Positions 26,951 to 41,100 of a stretch of DNA of 64,000 nt are shown here, in pieces (position 1 is the first letter of the stretch; every line of letters starts with the position of its first letter). The stretch covers positions 28,770,001-28,834,000 of the forward strand of contig CM052816.1 in assembly GCA_028534125.1 (NCBI GenBank). Reading direction: 5' to 3'. The position numbers and the translations under genes are program-made. The stretch comes from Lama glama. Taxonomy: Eukaryota. Below the pieces are notes generated by a model. The model saw only the letters and a list, made by a program, of their open reading frames with translations, was not told where the DNA came from and did not search any database.

Positions 26951-27949
26951 ACATAAAATGTTAGAAATATTCTAGGTTTTCCTGTAAAATAATTAATACT
27001 GATTCCCCTATACCCCACTGCTACTCTCTGAATATATGTAGTGTTAAGTCTTCAAAATATAAATATATAAAATTAAAAGCATAATTTCCACCTGAGATTA
27101 CTTCTACTTCTTATTATTAATACAATCAATCTTGGCTTGAAGCATTCCCAAATAAACAGAATAAATAAACGGGAAATTGCCTGTAAGGCAAATCTCCTTT
27201 GTCCTCAAGTCAAAGTTTTATGCCTCCACTGGTATTTCCTGGCACTCTTTCCTTTCATCAGCCTACAATTTTCATTATTTTGTCCTATTATTTCTATAAT
27301 ATCGTATGCTACCAATAAGTTTCATTAGATAAAACATCTCACTTTCTCTGTTAAGAAATAAACACTTTTCTCTAACACAAAGGTCTTGACACGTTGCCCA
27401 TTCGCTACACAGTGGACCTATATTCTCTTTCTCTCCTCTGAAAATATTATTTCACACCAACTACACCACATTGAAAAGAGAGTTCTATGTACTTAGCCAC
27501 AAAATGGTGAAAATCTAGAGTTTCTTGGCTTAGGCAGCATGAGTGTTAACAGAGAGAGGATCTTCTTTCCAGAATAACTGAACCCAAGTATGCAGGAAGG
27601 AAAAACAGCCTTTTATGACTGTAATGGCTCTACAAGGAAATAAGGGAAATGTCAAGAAGAAAATGACAAGAATTATAGAAGATAAATGTTAATGAAATAC
27701 AAAACATTAAAACTTATTAATTACAAATCTCCTAAAACATTTAACATTTGAAGTGTTCTGTAATGAGTTATTTTCACCCAGAGATATGTTTTCCCCAGTT
27801 TAAAAAAAAGGATCCCGTGGAATAGGAGAATACTAGTTCAAGTTAAGGGATTGTAAAACATCTTTCTTCTGAGAATGGAAATATGCCCTTGGCAAACATA
27901 ATTACAGAACTCTTCTCATATTTTGCACAGAATGTTAAGCTTTGATTTT

Positions 27950-28915
27950 AGGTACTTCCTTCCTTACTCGTACTGTAAGATTTTCTGGGTTCATCTTGTA
28001 TCTGTCTTGCCGCAGTCTTAGAATCAGCAAATTTTTCAAGGAGTCCTGGAAGCTTTTATTAGAAAAAGATTAGAAGACCAATCTGGTATTAGAGAACCAG
28101 ATTTGAGCTCTAATTGTGATCACTGACACTGGGTTGTTGTTGCTTCCAGAAATGAATATATGTAAACTGACCTATGTATACAAACCTATCTATAAAGATT
28201 TATATGTGTAACCATTAGTATACAATACTAAACTAATTGAGATTTCATACTGCTGTTTCTGACTTTATTCCATTACCTCATAGATCACTGTAGTTCCCTC
28301 CCCTTGGCTATCTGTAAATTCTCACTCCAACAGGGAGAAACTGAGCTTCATCCTTTGTCAAACGTTTACTTAATTCTTCACTTCCCTTACACACATATAC
28401 TTGTATGAAAATCACTTAGCCATACCTCCATGGGAATAGTTTCTCAACTAGGATAGCGTGTTTATGTACTTTTTCTTGCTTTTACTCTTATAGACTATAC
28501 TCATTTCAAAATTACTCGGGTCAGTATCTTTTCCCCCACTCCCTTCAGTGAGACTGTTTCACACGTTTGTAACACAGTTAGATTCTCTTGTCACAGTCTG
28601 TGTCCTTTCCTGGGATCCTCTAACCTCTTAAATTATTCTTTAAAATTTGCATACATTAAGCTTCACTCTTTATGCTGTAAAGTTCTACGGGTTTTGACAA
28701 ATGCATAGTGTTCTGTATCTATCATTACAATATCACACAAAATAGTTTCATCACCCTAAAAAAATCCCCTAAGCTTCACCCATTCAACCTCTCCCCAAGC
28801 CTCTGGTAATTACAAGATCATTTTAATGTAGCTACAATTTTGCCTTTTCTAGAATGTCATACAATTTGAATTATATAATATGTAGCCTTTATGAACTGGG
28901 GTTTTTCACTTACAA
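27950..28915 (-). mobile_element. L1MC/L1MD-group 3' UTR fragment
   Basis: gggttttgacaaatgcata...aatagtttcatcaccctaaaaaaatccc; inverse homologue of about 45750-46660. Confidence 0.8.
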
Positions 28916-29366
28916 GCTTTGATTTTATACTAATCTCTACACCTAAAATTAAATTTTTTTTCTGTGTACACATATGTTGTTTAGACTCTCTGCGGATGCT
29001 GACACATGTCAGATGATCTGGAAAGGTTATACCAGCTAAAAATAGTATATGAAAGATTGACAGGAGTTATTCTAAACTAGTGGGTTATCCCTAATAACCT
29101 TTAGAAGAGAAGAATAGAAGGAGAGTGAGTTAAAAAAAAGAGAGAGAGAGAGAGAAAGAGAAAAGAGAGCGATGGATTGTTTTAGTTTAATAATAAATAC
29201 TATAAGTAAGCTGAGCTGTATAACCTAAACGCCTAACTCTCACCACACAGCACAAATTATTTAATTATTCTGTTAGTACATAAATGAAAATATTCCCAGG
29301 CATAAAAGAGTGATCACATGGCTAAGTCTTTAATTAAAATACAACCAATGGGCTATGGGAGTTCAG

Positions 29367-29740
29367 TATTACTCAGCCATAATAAAAAATGAAACTGTGC
29401 CATTTGCAGCAAACATGGGCGGACTTGGAGGGCACTCTGCTGAGGGAAATAAGTCAGAGAAAGGTAAGTACTGTATGATATCACTAAATGTGGAATCTAA
29501 AAAATACGACAAACTAATGAATATAACATAACAGACTCAGACTCACAGGTACAGAGAACAGTGAGTGGTAGGGGGAGGGCAATATAGGGGTGTGGGAGTG
29601 AGAGCTGCAAACTTGGCTATCAGATAAGCTCAAGGATGTACAACAGTATAACACAGGGAAGAGAGCCAACATTTTGTAATAACTGTAAATTGAAAGTAAC
29701 CTTTAAAAATTATATTAAAATTTAAAAAAATTTAAAAAAT
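29367..29740 (+). mobile_element. Short cetartiodactyl-type L1 3' end
   Basis: tattactcagccataa...tgtggaatctaaaaaatacgacaaac...aacctttaaaaatt and an A-rich tail. Confidence 0.85.
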
Positions 29741-29749
29741 CTATGAATA

Positions 29750-30278
29750 TTTTTAGAAAGACAAAAAATACAAGAAATAAATGTCAGCAAGAATGTAGAG
29801 AAAAGGGAACACGTGTGTACTGTTGGTGGGGATGTAAACTGATGCAGCCACCACAAAAAATAGCATGGAAGTTCCTCAAAAAATTAAAAAGAGAATTACC
29901 ACATGATCCAGCAATTGGGCATTTATCTGAAGGAAACAAAATCATTATATTGAAAAGATATTTGCAACTCCATGTTTACTGCAGCATTATTTACAACATT
30001 CAGAACATGGAAACAATGTTAAGAGTCTACCACTGGATGAATGTATAAAGAAAGTGTGGAAAATGTGGTGTGTGTGTATATGTATATATAATGGAGTATT
30101 AGTCATAAAAAAGCAGGATGTCCTGCCATTTGTAACAACATGGGTGAACGTAGAGGTTATTATGCCAAATGAAATAAGTCAGACATAGAAAAACAAATAC
30201 TGTTTAATCTCATTTACATGTAGAATAAGAAGGAAGGAAGGAAGGAAGGAAGGAAGGAAGGAAGGAAGGAAGGAAGGA

Positions 30279-30338
<60 letters not shown>

Positions 30339-30857
30339 AAAGGAAAAGAAAGAAAGAAAAGGAAAGAAAAGGAAAGGAAGGAAAGAAGGAAGGAAAGGAA
30401 GGAAGAGAGAAAGAGAAAGAAAGAAAGTGAGAGAGAGAGAAAGAAAGAAAGTGAGAGAGAGAGAGGAAAGAAAGAGAGAAAGAAAGTCAGTCATAGATAC
30501 AGAGGACAGACTGTTGGTTGCCAGAGGCCCGGTGCAGGGGGCGGGGAGGGGTGAAATGAGTGAAGGTGATCAAAAGGTACGAAAGTCAAGTTTTAAAATA
30601 AATAAGTAACAAGTTCTGGAGTATAATTTACAGCACGGTTAACTATAGTTAAAAAAAAACTGTATCCTATATTTGAAAGATGCTAGGAGAATAGATCTTA
30701 AAACCTCTCATTACATGAAAAAAAATAACTTCATTACATATGTTGATAGATGTTAACTTATGGTGATCATTTTGCAATAAATACATATATCAAATCATGA
30801 TGTTATACACCTAAAATGATACAATGGTAGCATCAATTACAGATCAAGAAAAAAATA
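29750..30857 (+). mobile_element. L1MA-like 3' end (ORF2 C-terminus and 3' UTR) containing a purine microsatellite
   Basis: ORF 29743-30048 contains CWWGCKLMQP...WKFLKKLKRELPHDPAI (ORF2 cysteine-rich region). Confidence 0.9.
30227..30486. repeat. Compound (GGAA)n(GAAA)n(GA)n polypurine microsatellite
   Basis: About 200 nt of uninterrupted purines at 30227-30427. Confidence 0.97.
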
Positions 30858-30869
30858 TAGGAAACTACA

Positions 30870-31423
30870 TTTTTGAAAAACCGGATTGTACTGGATGTGG
30901 GAAGCCTGAAGTCTATACATTGTGAGAATGCGAATTGATGAAACCTATTATTGAAAGCAATTTGGAAATGCCTATGAATGCTACAAAAGAGCATAATTTT
31001 TACCCAGCATTTCTTCTTTTAAGCATTTCTCCTGCATACATACACAATCGTTTGTAAAATGACATACATAGGTTATTCATTGTGCTTTGTGCTAGCAAAG
31101 ACTGGAAACAATACAGTTCATATATTGATGGAATTAGCTAAATCAATAATGCTAGATAACCAGTGAAATATAATGCATCAGGAAAAAGAAGAATTAGGCA
31201 TTCTTTGTGTACAGTAAACCAATATTTGTGTAAGGAAGGGAGAGAAATATATACAAACGCACATCCATAAGAATGATAATAATCTGTGGAAAAAATGTAT
31301 GTAAGTTGATAACTCTGGGGAAGGGAACTAAGTGAGCTGATGTAAGGTGAGGAGAAGGAGGAAACCCTTTTACTCTATTACCTTTTTATACTCTTTGTAC
31401 TTTCAACCATGTGACTTTATCAC
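30870..31423 (+). mobile_element. Degraded L1ME-like 3' fragment
   Basis: ttgaaagcaatttggaaat...agcaaagactggaaacaa...tttcaaccatgtga. Confidence 0.65.
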
Positions 31424-31900
31424 TGTGATGGTTAATTTTATGTGTCAACCTGACTGGACCACAGGGTGCACAGCTATTTGGTTAAACAGTTCTGGGCATG
31501 TCTCTGAGGGTGTTTTCAGATGAGACTGACATTTGAAAAAGTAGACTGAATAAAGTAGATCGCCCTCCCCAATGTGGGTGGGTCTCATCCAACTTGTTGA
31601 AGGCCTGAACAAAACAAAAAGACTGAGTAAGAAAGAATTTACTCTTTCTGCCTGACTGTCTTTGAGCAGGGACAGTGGTTTCCCGCTGCCCACAGATTTA
31701 GACTTCACTGGAATTTCCACCATCAGCTCTCTTGGGTCTCAGGTGTTCAGACTCAGACTGGTCCTATACCATCTCCCCCTGGGGCTCCAGCTCTTGACTG
31801 CAGATCTTAGAGCTTCTCAGCCTCCACAATTACATGAGCCAATTCCCTTAATAAATCATTTCTGTATCGATACCTATACCTATATACATACATATATATA
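31424..31900 (+). mobile_element. MLT2-like ERVL LTR lacking its extreme 3' end
   Basis: tgtgatggttaattttatgtgtcaacctgactgg...gggtctcatccaa...cagcctccacaattacatgagccaattccttaataaatc. Confidence 0.9.
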
Positions 31901-32999
31901 TTGCCCACTATAAAGCCTATTTAATTAGACTAAGGGACTTTATTCTATGGAAATATTAACACGGTATTACTAGTTCTGGTAGATACATGAGGAAATTGTG
32001 CTTTAGAGGCTGTAATCCTTTTGATACACTCTGTAAAATTTATATTATTTTTCTCTGCCTCATGAAAAAAATGCCAAGTTAACAAATTATGACTAGAGGC
32101 AAGTTACACTAAAATCTACATTTACTCTCTAAGAAAGAAATTACATACGTTTTGATAAGAGCAATATAAAGTGCTACAGAATTCTTTAAAAAACTGTCTG
32201 CCTAAGTGCTACAGCATATTGCTATTTTAAGTTTTTCCTGAAAATTAAATGAACAAACAAAAATGATGAAAACAAACAGAGTCATTTGCCCGTTGAACCT
32301 GCCTCCAACAAAGTAATGGAGTTCTAACTGGGCCTTGGCACTGCCCAATGAATATTCCTTGGGAGTGGTATTTAATGGATTTGAATATTTTCCTCCTTTA
32401 ATATTACAATAAAACATTGAGGGTAGGATTCAGATATACCCAGTATTTTGAAAAATGAAAAATGCCATTCAGCAAAAAGCTGAGTAAAATCTGAACATTA
32501 TTTTAAATGGTTAGGATAAAAAATAAGAGGGATTTCTTGAAAATCTCCTTTTGACAGATTTTTTAATCTCTCAGCATTCTGAACCTCTGTCTTGTTATCA
32601 AAAATCAATTAATTAATTAGAACCTGAAAAAGAGAAAGGAGTCACCTCAATCCAGGAAAGAGTTCTAATGATATAGCTATATTTTCTTTATTACAGAACA
32701 GTTTAAGTACTTTATTTAATCACTTCTTATCTTTTATCAAGAAACAAAATACGGAATTAGGGACGGAAAAATTTTGTTAGGTAAAAGGAAGTTGAGAATT
32801 AGTGGGGAATATAAGTATTACAGTACTATCTGTGAAATTCTTATATCTAGTCTATCTTAAATGATAGATTACTTCTCAAGAATATATAGTCCAAATGAGT
32901 TTCCCTGGAAAGTGGCTTTCTATCAATGATGATTAAGGTATTTGAGCTCTTTCCACATAAGGGTTCTTTTGTCTTCAGGATATAGCTTCAAGTATTGGC

Positions 33000-33270
33000 A
33001 AAGGAAAATGAAAGACCAAGAAGGATCAGATGTAACAGTTTGGAAAGTGAAGCTAGTCATGTGCAAAGGAGGCTGGGATGTGGACTCTAGAGGGAATAGG
33101 CAGGCTGTGACAGCAGTCTCTGCTGCAGGCACAGAGGCATTGCAATAGGAATCCAAGGCCCTAAAGCAGAGAGGTGAATATCCTGGGAGCCATTGAGAGT
33201 CAAATGAAGAGAGAGAGAAACATGGATTAAAAGGTAAAGTGGAGAAACAAAACCTCAAAACGTGACCACA
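33000..33270 (-). mobile_element. L2 fragment
   Basis: Purine-rich L2 antisense-like segment. Confidence 0.45.
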
Positions 33271-35199
33271 GGCAGACTCTTCATAAAGACATGCTAGGAA
33301 GCTTTGTTCAAATTACAAATGTAAATGTGGAAATCACTTCTTTGGATCCCCAGCACGCCACACATGTTAAGTCATGATACAGCCCATCCTAGCTACGAAC
33401 TTAGGCTTCCACAAACTCTAAGATCCTCCTTTTATTTCTCCATATAATTTTGAAAAATCACTGTGACCTGAAGTTAGGTAGGTAAGTTTTATGGAAAGTT
33501 GATGAAAGTGTGTTTTTAGATAATCTTATTAATTATCTTGCAGAAGAGATTTAGAAGTTTCCAGAAGAAAAATCAGATGGAGGTTTGAAAAAAGGAGGTC
33601 ACCTGTGGAGAAACTAGGAATGTTCTAGGAGAAAGGGTTTAAGTGACTTTTACTGAATAAATAGATACAACAAAAGTTGAGTTAAAAGAATGGAAGGGAC
33701 AATGTCTTGTGTTTGATTTTAGTGTAGGGGATTTTTTAAAAAATCAGTTCTTTGCTAGAAAGAAATCTCCAGAGCTGGAGAAAAACATTGTTAACATTTT
33801 TTGAGGGTTTTCCACTCCCCCTACCCCAGGCAGAGAACTTTTAATTTTCTCAATGGTATAGCTAACCTTTCTAGTTATTCAAAGATCTAAACTAGTTGGA
33901 TGATTTTTAATATTTCCAAAAATATTCCAAAGAATATTCTTATTCTTACGAACATAAACTTTGATTAGAGGGGGGAAATCAAGAGAAAAAAATGAAGAGC
34001 ATCTAAGACTAACGATTAACAACTTAGCATTGTGAAAGAGGGTGATATTCTTTGACACAGAGGAGGAGGTTTCATAATTAGAAGTCCAACCACTGAGCTG
34101 ACAGAAATTAAATTTTTATGCAGCCACTTCTCTCCTATTATTTATCATAAAGCATGAATACTAATGAGGAAATTCCATTCTTTATTAAAAAAACCTATCA
34201 AATGTAGGTTTAGCTTGCTAATTAGATCTAAACTTTGGATAGTCTTTGTGACTTCCAAGGACAAATTTATTATATTTCACTTTCAAATCAAACGGTCAAA
34301 TTTAATGAAGATATAACGTGTAAAGATTTTGCTATAAAGTGATTGATACTGTTAGAATGAGTTTGTGAAAAGTGGGGCATTTATAAAGTCAAACACAGGC
34401 AAATTCTTGCTTCAGAACTGGAGCGTGGGTAATCACCAGGCCAGTGGGTAAAATAAAAGTGGCTCATTACACATATATAACCTGAAATGAAACAGAAATG
34501 TGTTTCCTTGGAACACCACATTTCACCTAAGTCTGTCAGTGGCCCTAAAGTCACAAGTCTGATAATTTTTGATGGCGAGACAGAAAAGAAGTATTCTCTA
34601 CTATTTCCCCATAGGTTCTTAGTTCAAAAGAGGAAGTGTGGTGTTTAAAGGGAGATTTAGGAGAGATTTTATTCCAGTGGCTGGGTGAGTGTCTGGAGAC
34701 CAACTCTGGAGACATCTAGAGTGAGAAGCAGTAAGCAGTCCTGCAGAGATCTGTGCTACCCTTTAGTAAAAGTCAGCATTGCCTGTTCCCCCTCCCCAGT
34801 GTTCCTCATCTCCGGTTATTCACAAGATGCCAAGAAGAAAATGAAAGACGACTGGACTTCTTTCTGTTCAGAAAGAACCTAAGAAGTTGTGAGAGCAGGA
34901 AAACTTCCACCAAGTACCTCAGCTACACCTGGGAAGCTTCCTGCCTGTATTGCTGCAGGCTGTCATCACAAAATTATCTTTCACCAGGGGTCAGAATGCC
35001 ACCTCTTAAGGCATCTGAATTTGAGCCCCAAGAAGGCGACAAAGAAAAACAGCATTGCATCTCTGGGTGCCCAGGCGCTTGTTGGGGAAGATCAATCAGA
35101 ACACAAAATAGAGCTTTGGGACAATCCGGACAGTAACTTTAATTATAAGGGGGTGATGCATTTAAATAAGTTCAAGAATACTGTATCACACATGAGAAA

Positions 35200-37200
35200 A
35201 CACCTTTCTGGATCTTAAAAGAGCATGGGTTTCCAAATAATTTAGTAAATTAAAGAACAGCACAAAAACTAGCTGAAAAATGTGGATTACTAAGTACAAA
35301 AAATATTTTATTGCAAAGAGAAAAATAATAATAAACCATAATAAAAATATAAACAGTTGAAAGATTAAATTCAGGAGATCCAGCTAGTATATAACAATGG
35401 ATGTGGAAGTTGGAGGAAATTATATATTGCATGAAAAAGTATGAAGAGCTTCACAGTTAACAATAAATTAAATACCTAATAATAGAATCAATAACAAGAG
35501 AAAAAGGTGAACAAAAAAAGTACAATGTAAAAGAAATAGCAAACGTACAGTAAGGAAGAAAAGGCATATCAATCATTGCCTAAAAGAAAAGTATTTAAAT
35601 TCTTCATTTAAAATACAGAGATCATCAGGTTATGTTTTTAAAAAAATAAACACACAGCTATTTGACACTTAAAAAAACATTAAAAATAAGGAGATAAAGA
35701 GAAAATGCAAACAGAAAGCAGCATCAGATGAGCTGGAAGTTAACGCTCAAAGAACTAAGGATCAAACTGGAGAGCATTTAATAACAAAACTTACAATTAA
35801 TGAAAAAAGATAACAAATTCATAAAACTGTATGTGCCTCCAAAACACCAGATACATATGTGAGGCAAAACTATCAAAAACAAAATCAAAAACCCTGGATT
35901 AAAATTAGAGTAGGAAACTAAAATATCCCTCTTTCCTGTACATATCTAGTAGGTGAACATCAGTAAAGACTGTTATGATCTAAAATGTTAGTGTCTCTCC
36001 AAAATCCTAATGCCTAATGTGGTAAGTACTGGGAAGTGAAGACTTTGGAGACAGATTAGGTCATGAGGGCAAAGCCCTCAGAAATAAGATTAATGTCCTT
36101 ATAAAAGAGGCCAACAGAGCTCCCTCGCCCCTTCCACTGTAGGAGGACACAGGGAAAAGTTGACCATCTGCAGCCTCAGACACTCACTTGATCATGTTGG
36201 CAGCCTGATGTAGGACTTCCAATCTCCAGAACTGTGAGAAATAAATTTTTATTGTTTATGAGCTACCCAGTCTACAGTATTTTGTTATAGCAGCTGGAAT
36301 AGACTAAGAGAAGTGTATATAAGAACTGAATTTTAAAAATCTATAACCTTAAATACACACCCACACACATATATAAACCTTGTATCCTTCAAATGGAGAA
36401 TAAGTGTTCTTTTTTTTCTTACATTCATGAAACAGAAAAAATGGATTCATTTTCTTGGGCAAATAAGGACTATACAGATATAAAGCTGAAAAATTGCACA
36501 CCAGATATCCTGATCAGAATCCAGTAAAATTGGTACTAAATAATAAAAAGGTGACAAAGATTCTTAATTTATTAGAAATTAAGAAACAGACCCCTAGATA
36601 ACCAATGGCTCAAAGAGGAAATCAACAGAAAATTGCAAAGCTTCTTGAAGTTGTTGAAAATAGAATTCTTCATACTGACTACCCACAGGACACAGTAAAA
36701 CCTGTGCTTGGAAAAATGTACATTTAATTCTTTCAGTATTAAAGAAGAAAGATTATAAATGAAAAAAACTAATTTTACATAAAATTAAAGAGTAACACAA
36801 TCGAAAGAAATGAAGTTCATAAAGATAACAGCTGAAATGAATGAAGCATAAAATAAATAACTCAAATTAGTAGAAAGAATACATTCAAAAGCTGGTTCTT
36901 TGATGAAAAAAATAGTTAAAACTCTTGTTAACAAGAGAAGGGGAAAAGAGGGAGGGATGAGAGAGAGAGCACACGAGGTGGAGACACAAAATTAAGAGAA
37001 AAGATACAGACACAGGAAAGATGAAATTAAAGTAATACTTGCATCTCCTGCAATGCATTTGAAAAGCTCTAAGAAGTGAATGATTTCCTTATAAAAGTGT
37101 ATAAGATGCCAAAATTGAAAATCCCCAGAAATGGAAAACTTGAACAGATTAATTAACACAAAATTGTTGGTTCCTTCTATTAAGTTCCACAGAGATTTTA
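35200..37200 (+). mobile_element. Highly degraded old L1 (endonuclease and linker part of ORF2)
   Basis: Remnant peptides KLRNRPLDNQWLKEEINRK (about 36577-36633) and PEMENLNRLI (about 37124-37153) resemble L1 ORF2. Confidence 0.7.
35971..36311 (+). mobile_element. MLT1A0-like MaLR solo LTR nested in the old L1
   Basis: gattaggtcatgagggc...ccttataaaagagg...ctccagaactgtgagaaataaa...gttatagcagc...gactaagaga. Confidence 0.9.
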
Positions 37201-37954
37201 ACAGAAGGATGATGGGCATACTATCTGGCTTTGAGAATTTAGGGAGTTTGTTATAGCAGTCTATACTGTAAGCAAACAGTATTCAGTAGACCTGAAAATG
37301 TAACAGCTACAAACCCCAGGATTCTAAGTAGACTCAATAGTTGTAGCTCTATCCAAGTACATAGTTAAATGCAAAGGTAAGGCAGGGGAAAAACCCAGGT
37401 GATAATTCTTGCACAAGTTCTTTCCTTGTATTTATCTGAGATTAAGGAGCTATTCAATTGTTAGCACAAATCTAGACTGATTTAATTTTAAAAGAACTTG
37501 CATTGATGCTGGTAGAGTCAATTTTCATCATCCCATGAAGCCGACTGACTTGTTAGTTTGTGCTGGGTGGGTTAAAAATCTGTTAACATTTCTCTAGGCT
37601 GCGCTCAGTCTTCAACTGAATAAAGCTGTGAGCCATTATCAAAGAAGACAAATACTACTATTCATTATTGAAATGAAATAATCAAGCACAGCATGTAAAA
37701 TTTTAAACCTATATTACTAGGTTGGCACCATGTTCTAAAAAGAAACAGTATTTGTTATGTCTGTACTTTCTATCGCTGAGAACCTAACATGAATAGCTAT
37801 TCAGTGCCTCTTTCAACTCACTGAGCAGCCATTACATTAATAGTAGTTCAGCACTATATTTGCTGTAAGTATGTGGTCTCACTACCTCATTAATAAAACC
37901 TTCTAAGCAAAGAAAACAAATTTAAAAACATACACCTTGCACAAACAGTAACAA

Positions 37955-38112
37955 CAACATAAGCTGTATAGCACAGGGAACTACATTCAATAGCTTATAA
38001 TAACCTATAATGAAAAAGAATATGAAAAAGATACATATATATGTATAACTGAATCACTATGCTGTACACCAGAAACTAACACATTTAAATCAATTTTACT
38101 TCAATTAAAAAA
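37955..38112 (+). mobile_element. Very short cetartiodactyl-type L1 3' end
   Basis: ctgtatagcacagggaactacattcaata...tataactgaatcactatgctgtacaccagaaactaacac...ttcaattaaaaaa. Confidence 0.88.
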
Positions 38113-41100
38113 TATAGATATATACAATTGTAAAAAAACACAGCCACCTTATTCACAGATATCAACATTCAATAGTCTCTGTTTAGATTTAACTGTTACC
38201 AAATGCAATGTTGGTAATGCTTATCTCCACTATTCAAAATACACTCAATTTAATCATCACAGGCATATATATTTTTAAGTGCCAACAAGCTTGGCATTGA
38301 CACCTTTCTATAATATCTACATTATAAAACATATAAACCAAAACAAAACTGTAAAGAAATGAGATAAAAATAAATAAGCCTAGATTTGTAAGGCCTTGAC
38401 TTGTTCAGATCCCCACTCTGGAGACCACACTGCTTCAAAACTGGGAAAGAACTCTGAGTACACCCATAATAAGTTCTCTAGGCAAAGATGCCCTTGAGAG
38501 AAATAAACTAAACTATAATGGTTTTCTAAGAAAATATCTAGTTCTACTTATTAGCCTAACTGAATATAAACCAAGAGAGCCATCCTATAGCTAGTGTCTT
38601 TAAAAATAAAAAAAAATAATAATACAAAATCAATTGTACTGCCTTGCAAAGCATTTATTAACTTAATTTCAGCCATCTTGTCACTTATTTCAGAGTGAGA
38701 AATAACTGGATTCTAGAGAAGGTCAAACTCAGCAGAAGAAAGTTTGCATACCCTTTATAAATGTTCTTAATCTGTCTGTTAGTTACCTAAAAAAGACCTA
38801 AATTGTTAGTTACATTATAAAGTACATTCCAGTTTGATGGAGTAAGGTCTAGAATCTTTTTTAAATTGTCTCTTTTCAGTTTAGGACTTACTGACATGGT
38901 CTGCCCAAATTTGGCATGTTAAAGTGCTCAAACTGGGAGTATGTTTTAGTGCTTGTCAGTAGGCAGTCAAGTATAGAGAATCAGGATTCTGAAAGTAGAA
39001 TTTGTCTGGGCATATACACTCACCATTGTTGGCTTCAATATAACGGAGGAAGCAGAAGGGATGGGAGGGCAAAATACTAGAAGGTCTGATGGTAAATAAT
39101 GGTAATATTTTTCTTCTTCCTATTTTTCTACACTATTGACAATGAACATGCCTTAATTATAAACTTAGTATAAATTCTAATTTTAAAAACACTGTACTAA
39201 AATTGCTATACTTAATTTAAATTCTTACTTATTTTAAATTCTTTAAGTTAATTGTGAAAGTATTTTCAATCATTATCAATGTTTTTCTTTCATAAATGAC
39301 TTTATTTACATGTCAAACATTCTGTGCTGGATATAATAAGATCTATTTTCATTAATGTGCCACTATTATTACACTTTAATTATTAAACAATATTTTGTTG
39401 CTGTTCTGGCTCAGAAGTGGAAATTATCTATTCTACTTTGGTTATGTAAGATTCTAGGCTGTGAAAATTTATCTTTGAAATATCTATACTGTTCCATGTA
39501 GTCTACTGAATTATTCAAATGTCTAAATCATTTTACATTAACTAAAACTTTTATAGTTAAAATCTAAAATATATGCTACTTAGTATGCAGAAAAAAATTC
39601 TACTGTATTTAAAGATCAAAGATAATTAATCTTACATAAACATGAAAAAACAATATTATCTCCAGTTGTGACAGAGTTGCATGTAATTCCCTAGTTTCAC
39701 ATACATGTATAGTTAACTATTTTTATGATTAGTAGAAGTAAAAGTGATCTTTTCTTCTTCATATTTTTCCTCAATTTTATAGTTTCTACAAAATTAATAA
39801 ATCCACTTTGAATTAATGAAATTTAGAAATGGCAATACATCAGATAAGATCATATAATTAGTATTCATTTCATTTTTTAAGTGACCTTGTTGATCACTTC
39901 CGAGTATTATAAACTGTAAATAGCTGTCATCATTAAGGTTTTGATATTGAGCTGTAAGAGCCATTTTAATAACTAAAACAATATTAACTTGAGAGGAGGA
40001 ACAATTAAACTACTTTATTATTTCCAAACAAATCACTGAATAAACAAAATATTTCCCCCAGGTATTTCTTTCAACAAGAATGCATTTTTCTTAAGTGTTA
40101 CATTATAATGAATAGATCAGTACTTCCCACAATGATCTTTATTTTCCCATAGCTTAGATCCTGCTTAATTGCAAATAAGCCTCTGAGAATATGTTACAAC
40201 TTTCAATTCATGGTAACAGCCAATGTCCAAAAATACTGGAGGCAACTTTTTACTTACCTAAGTCAGTATAATGACAGAATAATGAATTGCTTTTTGCATC
40301 TACCCACTTATAAAGTAATGATAGGCTTTCTACATATAATGAGGTTGAAATATATAGTTTCTATTCAAATTATTGTTAGCTGGCACAGTAGCAATAAAAT
40401 GACTCAGACCGCAACTAGATCAGTTACTTAAATAGTCACAAGCCAGTAGTCCTTACTGGTTCATCTACTCTGCGGATTTCCTCTTTGGCCACATACAGAT
40501 TCTGTAGATAATCAAATGTATCAAGGATTGTTTGCCACGTGAAACTCAGGACTTTGTCATTCTTCACAATGTACAGACCATTAATTTCAGAGTGATTCTT
40601 TTTTTATTTTAACTTTTTAAGTTTGAGAATAAAAGTATACTATTATCTGCACATTAAATATTTCATCTCAAAGAACTATTAATGCATATGACAGAAGGTT
40701 ACATGGCATCGTCTGCTACTAGGTCACTGTCTCAGCTACTGACCCTCTGTTCTGCTAGATACAGCTGTCGTTTGTGGATGGTTTCTGTCAATTCTCTTAT
40801 TTGAGGGAGGGATATCTTCTCCAAATATTATTAGAGGCAGCTATTCAGAGTTTAGCATGCTCAACTTCAGAATCTCTATAGGGCTGATTGTCCAGAGAGC
40901 TCTTGGCTTCCTTCTAATGTCAAAGGTAATTATACTCACATCCCCAACTCTTTCACTGATTTGGAGTACCCCATGCCTCTAGAGGCCCAAGCTGCTTCTG
41001 ACCTCAGTAATAATTCCCTCACCCTATTAAAATCAATGAGCAGACACTTGTTTCATACCTACAAAACTAAGACATCTACCACTGCAAAATTAAAAATTTC

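Noticed and set aside
30210..30609. Low-complexity F/L/S-rich and R/E/K-rich ORFs
   Set aside because: Translations of the purine microsatellite
34685..35218. Three overlapping plus-strand ORFs
   Set aside because: Non-ATG starts, no recognisable protein; probably the decayed 5' region of the adjacent old L1
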